Below, piece by piece: positions 17,907 through 27,852 of a stretch of 64,000 nt of DNA. The stretch's first letter is position 1, and each line of letters begins with the position of its first letter. This DNA is from Acidobacteriota bacterium (lineage in GTDB: Bacteria > Acidobacteriota > Blastocatellia > Pyrinomonadales > Pyrinomonadaceae). The notes beneath the pieces were generated by a model. The model did not search any database. It was not told where the DNA came from and worked only from the letters and a program-made list of their open reading frames with translations. The position numbers were made by a program, and so were the translations under genes. Where the stretch lies: positions 738 to 64,737 of the forward strand of contig JBKPNP010000132.1 in NCBI GenBank assembly GCA_046732775.1, written 5' to 3'.

Positions 17907-20900
17907 GTGGCAACGTCAGTAGCCCCTCCGCAGAAGCCTCCGGGCAGGATTCGTCGCTTTCTTCGTCTCAGTGACGATGGTGCAGACAGAAAACTCGTAG
18001 GGCCCATACGCGGCGAAGTTTTCGGCGCTGATCGTCTTGCACGTCACGCGCGACAAATTGCGCGAAAGCACCGGCTTCTTCCTGCGCAAAAGCAGCGCGG
18101 ACACGGTCCGCTGCTGGGCCGTCTCAATGACACGCGCGAAGTATTGAATGAAGTACACGACCGACTGACGGATGCATCGCTTCGTGGCGTCGACATAAGT
18201 CCAGCGGGAGAATGGCTTCTCGATAACTCCTACATAGTTCAGGAGCACATTCGAGAAATCAGAACGAACCTTCCGAGCGGATACTATCAGGAGCTTCCAA
18301 AGCTCGCGAATGGAACGCTTGCTCAGTATCCGCGTGTGTACGATGTCGCAATCGAGCTGATTGCGCATACCGAAGGACATCTCTCGCTCGAGAACATCAC
18401 GCTGTTCGTGCGGGAGTATCAGAAAGTGGCGAAGCTCTCCATGGGAGAGCTGTGGGCGATTCCGACAATGTTCCGCCTGGGCCTGGTAGAGAACATTCGG
18501 AGAATGTCGCTCCGCGTGAAAGCGCGGCTCGATGAAGTCGAAGAAGCAGACAGAATCGCTGCGCAGATCATGGCGGCGAATGATGAATCTCCGGAATCAC
18601 TGGCGTCAGCTCTCGATCGATTCATCAACGATCATCCGCCATTCACCCCGACATTCGTAGCTCGCTTTCTTCATCAGATACGCGGCTATCAGGTGAACTT
18701 CACGCCGCTCGTGTGGCTCGAGCAGTGGATTGCTGAGGATGGGCCAAGTGCTGAAGTAGCAGTCACGCGATCGAACCGCATGATCGCCCTGACGCAGATC
18801 ACAGTTTCGAACTGCATCACAAGTCTCCGCGCAATTGGCCGGCTCGACTGGAAGGAATTCGTCGAATCGCAAAGTGAGACCGAGAAGATCCTGAGAAAAG
18901 ATCCCTCTGGTCACTACGCGATCATGACCTTCGCCACGCGTGATCAATACAGGCACGTTGTCGAGCATATCGCAAAGCACACGAAGCGGCCGGAAGAAGA
19001 AATCGCCAATCTCGCCATTGGACTTTCACTGGAAAGTCAGGGAAAGGACGAGGTTCGACAATCACACGTCGGTTATCACCTGATTGATGAAGGGAGGCTA
19101 ACCCTCGAGCGCCTGACTGGATACAAACCTCCCATAGGCGAAAGGGTTTATCGCTGGATCAGGCGCCATCCTACAGCGGCCTACTTCGGATCGATCACGA
19201 CATTTACCGTTCTGCTGCTTGCTGCGGTAATGGCGGTAGTTGCAACGAGCAGCCTCGTTTCAGCCATTGCAGTGCTGATCGTATCGCTCATTCCGGCAAA
19301 CGAGATCGCGATCTCAGTGGTGAATCAGCTCGTTACAACGCTGCTTCCACCGCACCTCCTGCCGAAACTGGAATTTCGTGAAGACGGTATTCCTCGAGAT
19401 TTCCGAACCGCGGTTGTGGTTCCGACATTGTTCGGCAGCGTACGCGCAGTGCGCGAAGCACTTGAACACATAGAGGTACAGTATCTCGCGAATCGCGACC
19501 CGAATCTTTCTTTCGCGATTCTCAGTGACTTCACAGATGCAGATTCCGAAACGAAAGAAGGCGACGACGAGATACTTGAAGCAGCAACGCGCGGGATAAA
19601 CGATCTGAATGCAAAATATCCGGCTTCCTCGGGCGATACCTTCAATCTTTTCCATCGCAAGCGTCTGTGGAATGAAAAACAAGGCGTATGGATGGGATGG
19701 GAGAGGAAGCGCGGAAAGCTCGGCCAGTTCAATCGCTTCCTGCGCGGCAAGTCGGCTGATGCATTCAGCACAATTGTCGGCGATGTCGAGAAGCTGAGTG
19801 ACATCCGATATGTAATTACTCTCGATTCCGACACTGTTTTACCGCGTGACGCGGCGCAGACGCTCACGGGCGCGATAGCACATCCGCTCAATAAAGCCGA
19901 GTACGATCCACACCTTCACAGAATCGTTCGCGGTTATGGAATTCTGCAGCCGCGAGTTGGAGTGTCGCTGACAAGTGCGCACGTATCGAAATTCGCCGCA
20001 GTGCACTCGGGTCACCCTGGTGTGGATCCGTATACCACCGCCGTTTCCGATGTCTATCAGGATCTGTTTGGTGAAGGAAGCTTCACCGGGAAAGGGATTT
20101 ACGATGTAGATGCGTTCGAGGAGGCGACACGCCGCCGTTTTCCGGAGAACACGCTTCTCAGCCACGACCTGATCGAGGGTGCGTATTCACGCGCGGGTCT
20201 CGTGACGGATATCGAAGTCTACGACGACTACCCGGCGCGATACCTGACCTTCACGAGGCGGAAGCATCGATGGATTCGCGGAGACTGGCAGCTTCTCAGA
20301 TGGCTTGGCAAAACGGGGAACCGGCTCTCGGCGATTTCACGCTGGAAGATTTTCGACAACCTGCGACGCAGTCTCGTAGAGATCGCGCAGGTAATTCTTC
20401 TGGTTGCAGGATGGTTCTGGCTTCCGGGCTCCGCGCATTTATGGACAATCGTAGTCCTGCTCGCAGTTGCAGCGCCGTGGATTTTTTCGCTGCTGCTCTC
20501 GGTTGTGCGCCCGCCAAGAGACCAGTCGTGGCTTGCGTATTACGCTGCGGTGTTTCGTGATGCGGCGGTCAACACACAGCAGTGGGCACTCGCTGTCGCA
20601 TTCCTGCCGCACCAGGCATTCGTAAGCGCTGATGCGATAGTCCGCACACTTGTTCGTCTCTTCGTCACGAAGCGCAATCTTCTGGAGTGGCAGACTGCTT
20701 CCCAGGTCGAGCGTGCGATGGCAGTCGGGTCGAAGCGTGAAGTCTGGAGAAGAATGTGGCCGGTCACAGTTCTCAGCTTTGGTCTGCTGGTTCTCGTTGT
20801 TCTCCGCGCGAAGAGTCTGGATGAGTCATCGCAGATCATAGCGCTCGTTTCGACTATCCCGCTTCTCTCTCTATGGATTGTCTCTCCGTACATCGCTCAT

Positions 20901-23900
20901 GGTCTCAGTGCTCCGGCGACTCCTCAGGAGCTGAGACTTTCCGAGCCTGAGAGACAGGCCGCACTCAGATATGCAAAGCTTCACTGGCAATTTTTCGAGC
21001 AGTTCGTTTCGGAAGAGACGCAGTGGCTGGCGCCTGACAACTTCCAGGAAGACCCGGAGCCCGTAATAGCGCCCCGGACATCGCCAACCAACATCGGCTT
21101 GCAGCTGATGTCGATTGTCTCAGCGCGGGATCTCGGATTCATTCAGCTGGATTCAATGATCGACAGGCTCGAGAAAGTATTCCGCACTCTCGAGCGAATG
21201 CGGCGTTATCACGGTCACTTCTACAACTGGTACAGTCTGCGCGACCTGCGTGTTCTCGAGCCTGGATACATATCGACAGTGGACAGCGGCAATCTGGCGG
21301 GACACCTCATTGCAGTCCGTCAGGCGTGCCTGCAGATCAGTCGCGAGACTGATGTAACCGAAGAGAACAAGCAGCGACTCCATGTGATTGCGGAACGGGC
21401 AAGAGATTACGCGCTCGAAATGGATTTCAAGTTCCTCTTTGACGAACGGCGCAAGCTTTTTTCAATCGGGTTCCTCACTTCCGCAAGCACGTTCGACAAT
21501 TCGTACTATGATCTCCTCGCATCAGAAGCGAGGCTGTCATCCTTCATGGCGATTGCAAAGGATGACGTTGGGGTGGATCACTGGTTCAGGCTTGGCCGGT
21601 CTCTCACGACCGCAAGTGGAACTCGCACGCTCATATCATGGAGCGGGAGCATGTTCGAGTACCTGATGCCGGCGCTGGTACTGCGGACGTTTCCTTCTAC
21701 ACTGCTCAGTCAATCGCATCAGGGAGCTGTGCGACGACAGATCAGTTACGGTGGGGAGCGTAACGTTCCGTGGGGAATTTCCGAGTCAGCGTACAACATC
21801 CGGGACCGGGCTCAGACATATCAGTACAAAGGATTTGGAGTTCCTGATCTTGCGTTGAAGCGCGGACTTAATCGCGACCTTGTCATCGCACCGTATGCAA
21901 CTGCGCTTGCGATGATGGTCGAACCGCATCAAGCCGTTCGCAACATGGCGGCTCTTGAATCAGAAGGAGCGCTCGGCCCTTATGGATTCAGGGATGCAGT
22001 GGATTATACGCGACCGGTTCCCGGAGCGAGAAAAGCGGTTGTTGGCGCGTACATGGCGCACCACATAGGCATGAGCCTCGTCGCTTTCGACAATGCGCTC
22101 TGCCGGAATGTCTGGCAAACGCGATTTCACACTGACGCACTTGTGAGATCAGCGGAGCTGATTCTGCAGGAGCGCATTCCGCGGCGCCTGGTTCTGCAAG
22201 GTATCGAGCACGGCGATGAGCCACCACGGGTACCGACGGAGACTGACAAGCCCGCGGTGCGCGAGCTGGATACTGCAAATACTCCGCAGCCTCGCGTGAG
22301 CCTCCTCGGCAATACTCCGTACACAACGATCGTCAGCAATGCGGGCAGCGGCGGCAGCCGCTACAACGACATGGCGATCAATCGATGGAGAAACGACGGG
22401 ACACGGGATGACTTTGGCCAGTGGTGTTATGTCCGGGACATAAGCACTGGACGAGTATGGTCAGCAGGACATCAGCCGGTGTGTGCAGAAGCAGACTGGT
22501 ATCGCGTGTTGTTTGCGAGCGATCGTGTAACGTTCCATCGCCGCGATGGTGACATCGACACGACGATGGAAATCGCTGTTGCACCGGGCGAAGCAGCAGA
22601 AGTAAGGCGCGTGACGCTGCTCAACAACTCAACGTCGCCGCGCGCAGTCGAGCTCACGAGCTATATGGAAGTAGTGCTCGCATCTGCTGATTCGGACAGA
22701 GCACACCCGGCATTCGGCAACCTGTTTGTGCAGACGGAATGGATTCCGGAAAGCACAGCGCTCCTCGCAATGCGTCGCCCCCGCTCGGCGACCGACAAGC
22801 CAAGCTGGTGTGGTCATGTGATGGCAGTCGTCGGCAACAACGCTGAAGTCAGCTGCGAGACCGATCGAGCACGTTTCATCGGCAGAGGCAGATCAGCACG
22901 AGATCCAGTCGTGATGGATAACCCGGGAAATCTTTCCGGATCGATTGGAGCTGTACTGGATCCGATCTTTGCGCTTCGCACGAGAGTCACCATCCCGGCC
23001 GGACGCTCAGCAGAAGTGACGTTCACCACTTTCGTGGCGGAAGATCGTGAGCGAGCAGCACAGAAAGCAGATCTGTATCACGACACATACAGCGCGCGAC
23101 GCGCGCTCGATCTGTCGTGGGCACATGCACAGGCCGAGCTTCGTGAATTGGGAATTACTCCAGCTGATGCTGCTTTGTATCAGGAGCTGGCAGGACACCT
23201 TCTTTATGCACATCCCGGCTTCAAAGGACTCACGGCAAAAGGTGACGACAACAAGCTGGGGCAGGAGGCTCTCTGGGGACTGGGAATTTCCGGAGACTGG
23301 CCAATTCTCCTCGCGACACTCGAGTCAGCTGACGGCATGCCGAGTGTGCGACAGCTGCTCAAGGTGCACCACTACTGGCGACTGAAAGGGCTCGTCAGTG
23401 ATCTGGTAATTCTGAATGAGCATCCACACACATATCTCCAGGAGCTGAACGACGAGCTTCTGGCAACCGTGATGGCATCGAGTGAATCCGGATTGCTGGA
23501 CAGACCAGGCGGCGTGTTCATCCGGCGTGCCGACGTTCTCAAGCCCGACGACATCAAGCTTCTGCATTCGATCGCAAGAATTCAGGTCGACTGCGACGGG
23601 CTGGGCCTCGGGAATTTTCTCGAATTCCCAAATGTCGAAGACACGTACGCGAGCGGTGCAATTCCCGTTTTGTCGGCAATCATCGCCGATCAGTCGAACA
23701 ATGGTGCAGAGCGGGGAACGGTTCCTAGCGATGATGCTCCAGTTCCCGCAGGTCCACCGCTGCCAGTTACAGGTGACGGGCTTGCATTGTTCAATGGCCT
23801 CGGAGGCTTCAACGACAATAACGAGTACGAAATAAGACTCAGTGGCGACAGCCTGCCTCCAGCTCCATGGATAAATATCATCGGCAACCCGGCCGGTGGA

Positions 23901-26201
23901 TTTCTGATCAGCGAGAGCGGAGCGGGAATGACGTGGGCGGAGAACAGCTACTTCTATCGGCTGACTCCGTGGCAGAACGATCCAGTTCGCGACACACCAG
24001 GCGACTGCATTTACCTGAGAGACGATCAGACAGGGGCGCTCTGGACACCCACGCCGGAGCCGATTCGTGAACCATCCTTGTACACGGTAAAACACGGAGC
24101 GGGCTATTCAATCTTCGAGCATGTGCGCGACAACATCTCGACAGAGCTTCGTATCGGAATGCCCGAAACCGACCCAGTGAGAATTTCGGTTCTTCGAATC
24201 CGCAACGACAGTACAGCACCGCGCTCATTAACGGTGACGAGCTATGCGGAATGGGTGCTTGGTGTAGAACGTGAAAAAACGCGTGAGTTTGTGCGGACAG
24301 AAATGGCTGAGGAAAACCGCGTCATGCTTGCGCACAACTACTTCGATCCGATCTTCGCGTCACGAGTGGCGTTTTCGGCAACGAGTGATCGTGTTTCCTC
24401 CTTCACTGGAGCAAGGCGCGAGTTTCTGGGAAGAAATGGAACTGCGTCGCGTCCAGCTGTGATGAAGCGCGATGAGCTGAGTGGTGATGTCGGGGATACA
24501 ATCGATCCGTGCGCCGCACTGGAATCACGGTTTGTAATTGCACCAGGCGAAACGCGCGAAATAGTTTTTTTGCTCGGTGCGTCCGATAGTACTGACAAAG
24601 CGATCGATCTCTGCAGAAAGTACAGCAATCCAGCGTCAGCAAAGGAAGCCCTCGATCACGCCGCGGCGGTGTGGCGAAAACGGCTGAGCACAATCACAGT
24701 CAAAACGCCGGACCCTACATTCGATGTGGTGCTGAATCAATGGGCACTGTATCAGGCCCTTTCCTGCCGAATGTGGGCGCGCTCTGCTCTATATCAATCG
24801 AGTGGTGCGTTTGGATTCAGAGACCAGCTGCAGGACGTAATGGCGTTCGCATACACGGAGCCCGGAATCTCGCGCGAACACATCGTGAGATGTGCTGCAA
24901 GACAATTTGAGGAGGGTGACGTTCAACACTGGTGGCACCCGCAAAGTGGACGCGGAGTCCGCACGAGATTTTCCGACGATCTTGCATGGCTTCCATTCGT
25001 TGTAAACCAGTACATCGAGCTCACTGGCGATCTCACTGTTCTCGATGAGAATGCACCTTACCTGGAGATGCGCGAGCTCGCAGCAGATGAGCACGAGGTC
25101 TACGATCTGCCGCAGGTATCGCAGAGCACAGGATCAGTTTACGAACACTGCGTTCGCGCGCTACGGAAAGCCTGCACATTCGGGGAGCACGGTCTTCCGC
25201 TGATCGGATCCGGCGACTGGAACGACGGAATGAATCGCGTTGGAATACACGGAAAAGGCGAAAGCGTCTGGCTCGGCTGGTTCCTGATCATGACGCTCAG
25301 AAAATTCGCGACGCTCGCGACAGCGCGTAACGACACGGCCACTGCAGACGAATTCAAAAGCAACGCTGAGAAATACAGCGACGCAATTGAAGCCAATGCC
25401 TGGGATGGAGATTGGTACAGACGCGCATATTACGATGACGGCGCACCGCTTGGCTCGAAAGAAAGCGACGAGGCAAAGATCGACTCGATTGCCCAGAGCT
25501 GGAGTGTGATATCAGGTGCGGGGGAGAGTGAGCGCACAAGAACTGCAATGAAATCGCTGAACGAACATCTCGTTCGTGAAGACGCGCGCTTGATCATGCT
25601 GCTTACGCCGCCGTTCAATCGCGGGTCCCATGATCCCGGATACATCCAGGGATATCTGCCTGGCGTGAGAGAAAATGGCGCGCAGTATACACATGCCGCG
25701 CTATGGACAGTGCTTGCAACTGCGCTACAGGGCGATGGCGACCGCGCGATGCATCTGTACCATATGATCAACCCTGTGACGCACGCACTCACACCTGAGG
25801 ACGTCGCTACGTATAAGGTAGAGCCGTACGTAATCGCAGCGGACGTATACACAGCACATGGGCATCTTGGTCGCGGTGGATGGACCTGGTATACAGGCTC
25901 TGCCAGCTGGCTTTACAGAGTTGGACTTGAGGCTATCCTCGGATTCACCAAGCGTGCAGACACGCTTGCGATCGACCCGTGTATCCCTTCGGCCTGGAAA
26001 GAGTTTGCAATCGAGTACGAGCATGGTCAGAGCAAATACTCGATTTTCGTTCGCAATCCATCGGGAGTACAGAAGGGAGTTACGTCAGTGACTCTCGATG
26101 GAGCTGCGGTGGAAGGGCCGGTCAATCTCGTGAGCGACGGCAGCAATCACGAGATCATTGTGACGATGGGACTTCCGAATCGACCTCAGCAAGAGGAGTA
26201 A
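17907..26201 (+). CDS. ndvB: Cyclic beta-1,2-glucan synthase (GT84 glycosyltransferase plus GH94 phosphorylase-like domains)
   Basis: Single 2764-aa ORF. TM clusters flank a GT domain (ITLDSDTVLP; HDLIEG...RWIRGDWQ). The C-terminal GH94-type region carries GSGDWNDGMN. Size and architecture match NdvB/ChvB/Cgs. Confidence 0.88.
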   Translation: MATSVAPPQKPPGRIRRFLRLSDDGADRKLVGPIRGEVFGADRLARHARQIARKHRLLPAQKQRGHGPLLGRLNDTREVLNEVHDRLTDASLRGVDISPAGEWLLDNSYIVQEHIREIRTNLPSGYYQELPKLANGTLAQYPRVYDVAIELIAHTEGHLSLENITLFVREYQKVAKLSMGELWAIPTMFRLGLVENIRRMSLRVKARLDEVEEADRIAAQIMAANDESPESLASALDRFINDHPPFTPTFVARFLHQIRGYQVNFTPLVWLEQWIAEDGPSAEVAVTRSNRMIALTQITVSNCITSLRAIGRLDWKEFVESQSETEKILRKDPSGHYAIMTFATRDQYRHVVEHIAKHTKRPEEEIANLAIGLSLESQGKDEVRQSHVGYHLIDEGRLTLERLTGYKPPIGERVYRWIRRHPTAAYFGSITTFTVLLLAAVMAVVATSSLVSAIAVLIVSLIPANEIAISVVNQLVTTLLPPHLLPKLEFREDGIPRDFRTAVVVPTLFGSVRAVREALEHIEVQYLANRDPNLSFAILSDFTDADSETKEGDDEILEAATRGINDLNAKYPASSGDTFNLFHRKRLWNEKQGVWMGWERKRGKLGQFNRFLRGKSADAFSTIVGDVEKLSDIRYVITLDSDTVLPRDAAQTLTGAIAHPLNKAEYDPHLHRIVRGYGILQPRVGVSLTSAHVSKFAAVHSGHPGVDPYTTAVSDVYQDLFGEGSFTGKGIYDVDAFEEATRRRFPENTLLSHDLIEGAYSRAGLVTDIEVYDDYPARYLTFTRRKHRWIRGDWQLLRWLGKTGNRLSAISRWKIFDNLRRSLVEIAQVILLVAGWFWLPGSAHLWTIVVLLAVAAPWIFSLLLSVVRPPRDQSWLAYYAAVFRDAAVNTQQWALAVAFLPHQAFVSADAIVRTLVRLFVTKRNLLEWQTASQVERAMAVGSKREVWRRMWPVTVLSFGLLVLVVLRAKSLDESSQIIALVSTIPLLSLWIVSPYIAHGLSAPATPQELRLSEPERQAALRYAKLHWQFFEQFVSEETQWLAPDNFQEDPEPVIAPRTSPTNIGLQLMSIVSARDLGFIQLDSMIDRLEKVFRTLERMRRYHGHFYNWYSLRDLRVLEPGYISTVDSGNLAGHLIAVRQACLQISRETDVTEENKQRLHVIAERARDYALEMDFKFLFDERRKLFSIGFLTSASTFDNSYYDLLASEARLSSFMAIAKDDVGVDHWFRLGRSLTTASGTRTLISWSGSMFEYLMPALVLRTFPSTLLSQSHQGAVRRQISYGGERNVPWGISESAYNIRDRAQTYQYKGFGVPDLALKRGLNRDLVIAPYATALAMMVEPHQAVRNMAALESEGALGPYGFRDAVDYTRPVPGARKAVVGAYMAHHIGMSLVAFDNALCRNVWQTRFHTDALVRSAELILQERIPRRLVLQGIEHGDEPPRVPTETDKPAVRELDTANTPQPRVSLLGNTPYTTIVSNAGSGGSRYNDMAINRWRNDGTRDDFGQWCYVRDISTGRVWSAGHQPVCAEADWYRVLFASDRVTFHRRDGDIDTTMEIAVAPGEAAEVRRVTLLNNSTSPRAVELTSYMEVVLASADSDRAHPAFGNLFVQTEWIPESTALLAMRRPRSATDKPSWCGHVMAVVGNNAEVSCETDRARFIGRGRSARDPVVMDNPGNLSGSIGAVLDPIFALRTRVTIPAGRSAEVTFTTFVAEDRERAAQKADLYHDTYSARRALDLSWAHAQAELRELGITPADAALYQELAGHLLYAHPGFKGLTAKGDDNKLGQEALWGLGISGDWPILLATLESADGMPSVRQLLKVHHYWRLKGLVSDLVILNEHPHTYLQELNDELLATVMASSESGLLDRPGGVFIRRADVLKPDDIKLLHSIARIQVDCDGLGLGNFLEFPNVEDTYASGAIPVLSAIIADQSNNGAERGTVPSDDAPVPAGPPLPVTGDGLALFNGLGGFNDNNEYEIRLSGDSLPPAPWINIIGNPAGGFLISESGAGMTWAENSYFYRLTPWQNDPVRDTPGDCIYLRDDQTGALWTPTPEPIREPSLYTVKHGAGYSIFEHVRDNISTELRIGMPETDPVRISVLRIRNDSTAPRSLTVTSYAEWVLGVEREKTREFVRTEMAEENRVMLAHNYFDPIFASRVAFSATSDRVSSFTGARREFLGRNGTASRPAVMKRDELSGDVGDTIDPCAALESRFVIAPGETREIVFLLGASDSTDKAIDLCRKYSNPASAKEALDHAAAVWRKRLSTITVKTPDPTFDVVLNQWALYQALSCRMWARSALYQSSGAFGFRDQLQDVMAFAYTEPGISREHIVRCAARQFEEGDVQHWWHPQSGRGVRTRFSDDLAWLPFVVNQYIELTGDLTVLDENAPYLEMRELAADEHEVYDLPQVSQSTGSVYEHCVRALRKACTFGEHGLPLIGSGDWNDGMNRVGIHGKGESVWLGWFLIMTLRKFATLATARNDTATADEFKSNAEKYSDAIEANAWDGDWYRRAYYDDGAPLGSKESDEAKIDSIAQSWSVISGAGESERTRTAMKSLNEHLVREDARLIMLLTPPFNRGSHDPGYIQGYLPGVRENGAQYTHAALWTVLATALQGDGDRAMHLYHMINPVTHALTPEDVATYKVEPYVIAADVYTAHGHLGRGGWTWYTGSASWLYRVGLEAILGFTKRADTLAIDPCIPSAWKEFAIEYEHGQSKYSIFVRNPSGVQKGVTSVTLDGAAVEGPVNLVSDGSNHEIIVTMGLPNRPQQEE

Positions 26202-27717
26202 TCGCGGGCCCGTTCACGACCTTGCCATACGGGTCGAATCGCGATCCATGACACGGACAGTCCCACGTTTTCTCAGTCGAGTTCCAATCGACGATACAGT
26301 ACAAGTGGGTGCAGATGGCTGAGCGGAGATGAACGGTGCCCTGGTCATCCTTATACGCAGCAATCTTTCTCGCGCCGCGACGAATAACTGCGCCGTTCCC
26401 GGGCTCGATCTGATCGACCGAATCAACTTCGCCGCCTGTCGCCCAGTCAGCATACTGAACGGCGACGTTCAGATTCTCCTTGATGAACTCCGGAGTCGAC
26501 CGGAAGTTTTTGCGTGACGGATCGTAGAGACCCGCCCATGGATTTTTTTTGCCGAGTATGAGATCTGTCAGCAGAATGCCGGCGATAGTACCGTGCGTCA
26601 TTCCGTTGCCGGAATCCCCTGTTGCGACATAGATGTGCTGGTCGGTTCCGGGATTCTTTCCAATGAACGCCATATAGTCAACCGGCTCCATTATCTGGCC
26701 TGACCAGCGGAAGTCGACTGACTTCACCATCGGGAATCGTTGACGCGTCCACTCTTCAAGAGCCTTGAATGGATCAGCGTTGTCATCCTCCTGCCCGGTC
26801 TTGTGATCCTCACCGCCGACAATGAGGATGTCCTCGAGCTGCGCTGAATCGAGTCGCGAATCGACCTCATGGAGCCGGATGTAATGATACGGATCGGCGG
26901 TATCCCAATACAAAGCGCGGGGCACTGATCCACGAGGAACGCGAGCACCGATCACGTAGGTTCGATACGCGGCCTGCTTGGTGTGCAGAATGACCCAGTC
27001 ATTGACGGGACTGTTCGTTGCAACAACGACACTATCTGCAGTGATGACATGTCCATCGCTTGTGGTCACGCGGCACGGCTCACCATCGACGATCGTCTCT
27101 GCATGTGCGCGTGTATAGATGTGCCCGCCATCCCGAAGAATCGCGCGCGCCAGTCCCTGCAGATACTTGAGTGGATGAAACTGAGCCTGTCGCGGAAAAC
27201 GCAGGGCAGGGCCTGAATTCCAGAAATCAGGAGGTGCTTTGTCGACGAGCTCCACATCGGTAAGACCTGCACGATGTGCGGCATTCAGCTCGCGCTGAAG
27301 CTCGTCGCGCTCGCTCTCCGGCCCGAGAAACAGGTAGCCATCGACCCGCTCGAAATCGCAATCGATATCTTCCTGTGATGCAATAGATTCGATGCGCGTA
27401 ATCGCAGCTGTATGACTCTCGGCAGCGATCTGCGAGCCAGTCAGTCCATGCAGCTTTTGTATCTGATAGTAACGATCGTCGAGCGCATTGCTCAAATGCG
27501 CTGTTGTCCGTCCGGTCTCACCGCCCCCGATTGGGCCATCATCGATGACAACAACAGCACGTCCTGCGCGTGCCAGAAGGTAAGCGGTTGTCATTCCGGC
27601 AATACCAGCTCCGATTACGCATACGCCCGCGCGCATATCGCGCGTAAGCTGTGGTAACTCCGGACTGTCGCTGGTAGCCATCCAGACCGAAGTAGTGCTG
27701 CCTGAATCGCTTCGCAT
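26155..27717 (-). CDS. FAD-dependent oxidoreductase with C-terminal Rieske [2Fe-2S] domain
   Basis: Dinucleotide fold VIGAGIAGMTTA is present. The Rieske ligands are CTHLYC ... CPCHGSRF. The start is likely ATG 27717 (MRSDSG...) rather than 27813. Confidence 0.82.
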   Translation of the reverse strand: MRSDSGSTTSVWMATSDSPELPQLTRDMRAGVCVIGAGIAGMTTAYLLARAGRAVVVIDDGPIGGGETGRTTAHLSNALDDRYYQIQKLHGLTGSQIAAESHTAAITRIESIASQEDIDCDFERVDGYLFLGPESERDELQRELNAAHRAGLTDVELVDKAPPDFWNSGPALRFPRQAQFHPLKYLQGLARAILRDGGHIYTRAHAETIVDGEPCRVTTSDGHVITADSVVVATNSPVNDWVILHTKQAAYRTYVIGARVPRGSVPRALYWDTADPYHYIRLHEVDSRLDSAQLEDILIVGGEDHKTGQEDDNADPFKALEEWTRQRFPMVKSVDFRWSGQIMEPVDYMAFIGKNPGTDQHIYVATGDSGNGMTHGTIAGILLTDLILGKKNPWAGLYDPSRKNFRSTPEFIKENLNVAVQYADWATGGEVDSVDQIEPGNGAVIRRGARKIAAYKDDQGTVHLRSAICTHLYCIVDWNSTEKTWDCPCHGSRFDPYGKVVNGPAITPLAEVDSEVPSSQ

Positions 27718-27852
27718 GTCTTGAATTTCGGTAGAGTGATTGCAGTAGGGATGCTCTGGCGCATACCATATGCCAATTGTAACTCTCAGCAGGTGCAAGA
27801 GTTGCCAGTGCACTGCTACTGCTAACTGACCGCGGACGACGGAAAATCATTT

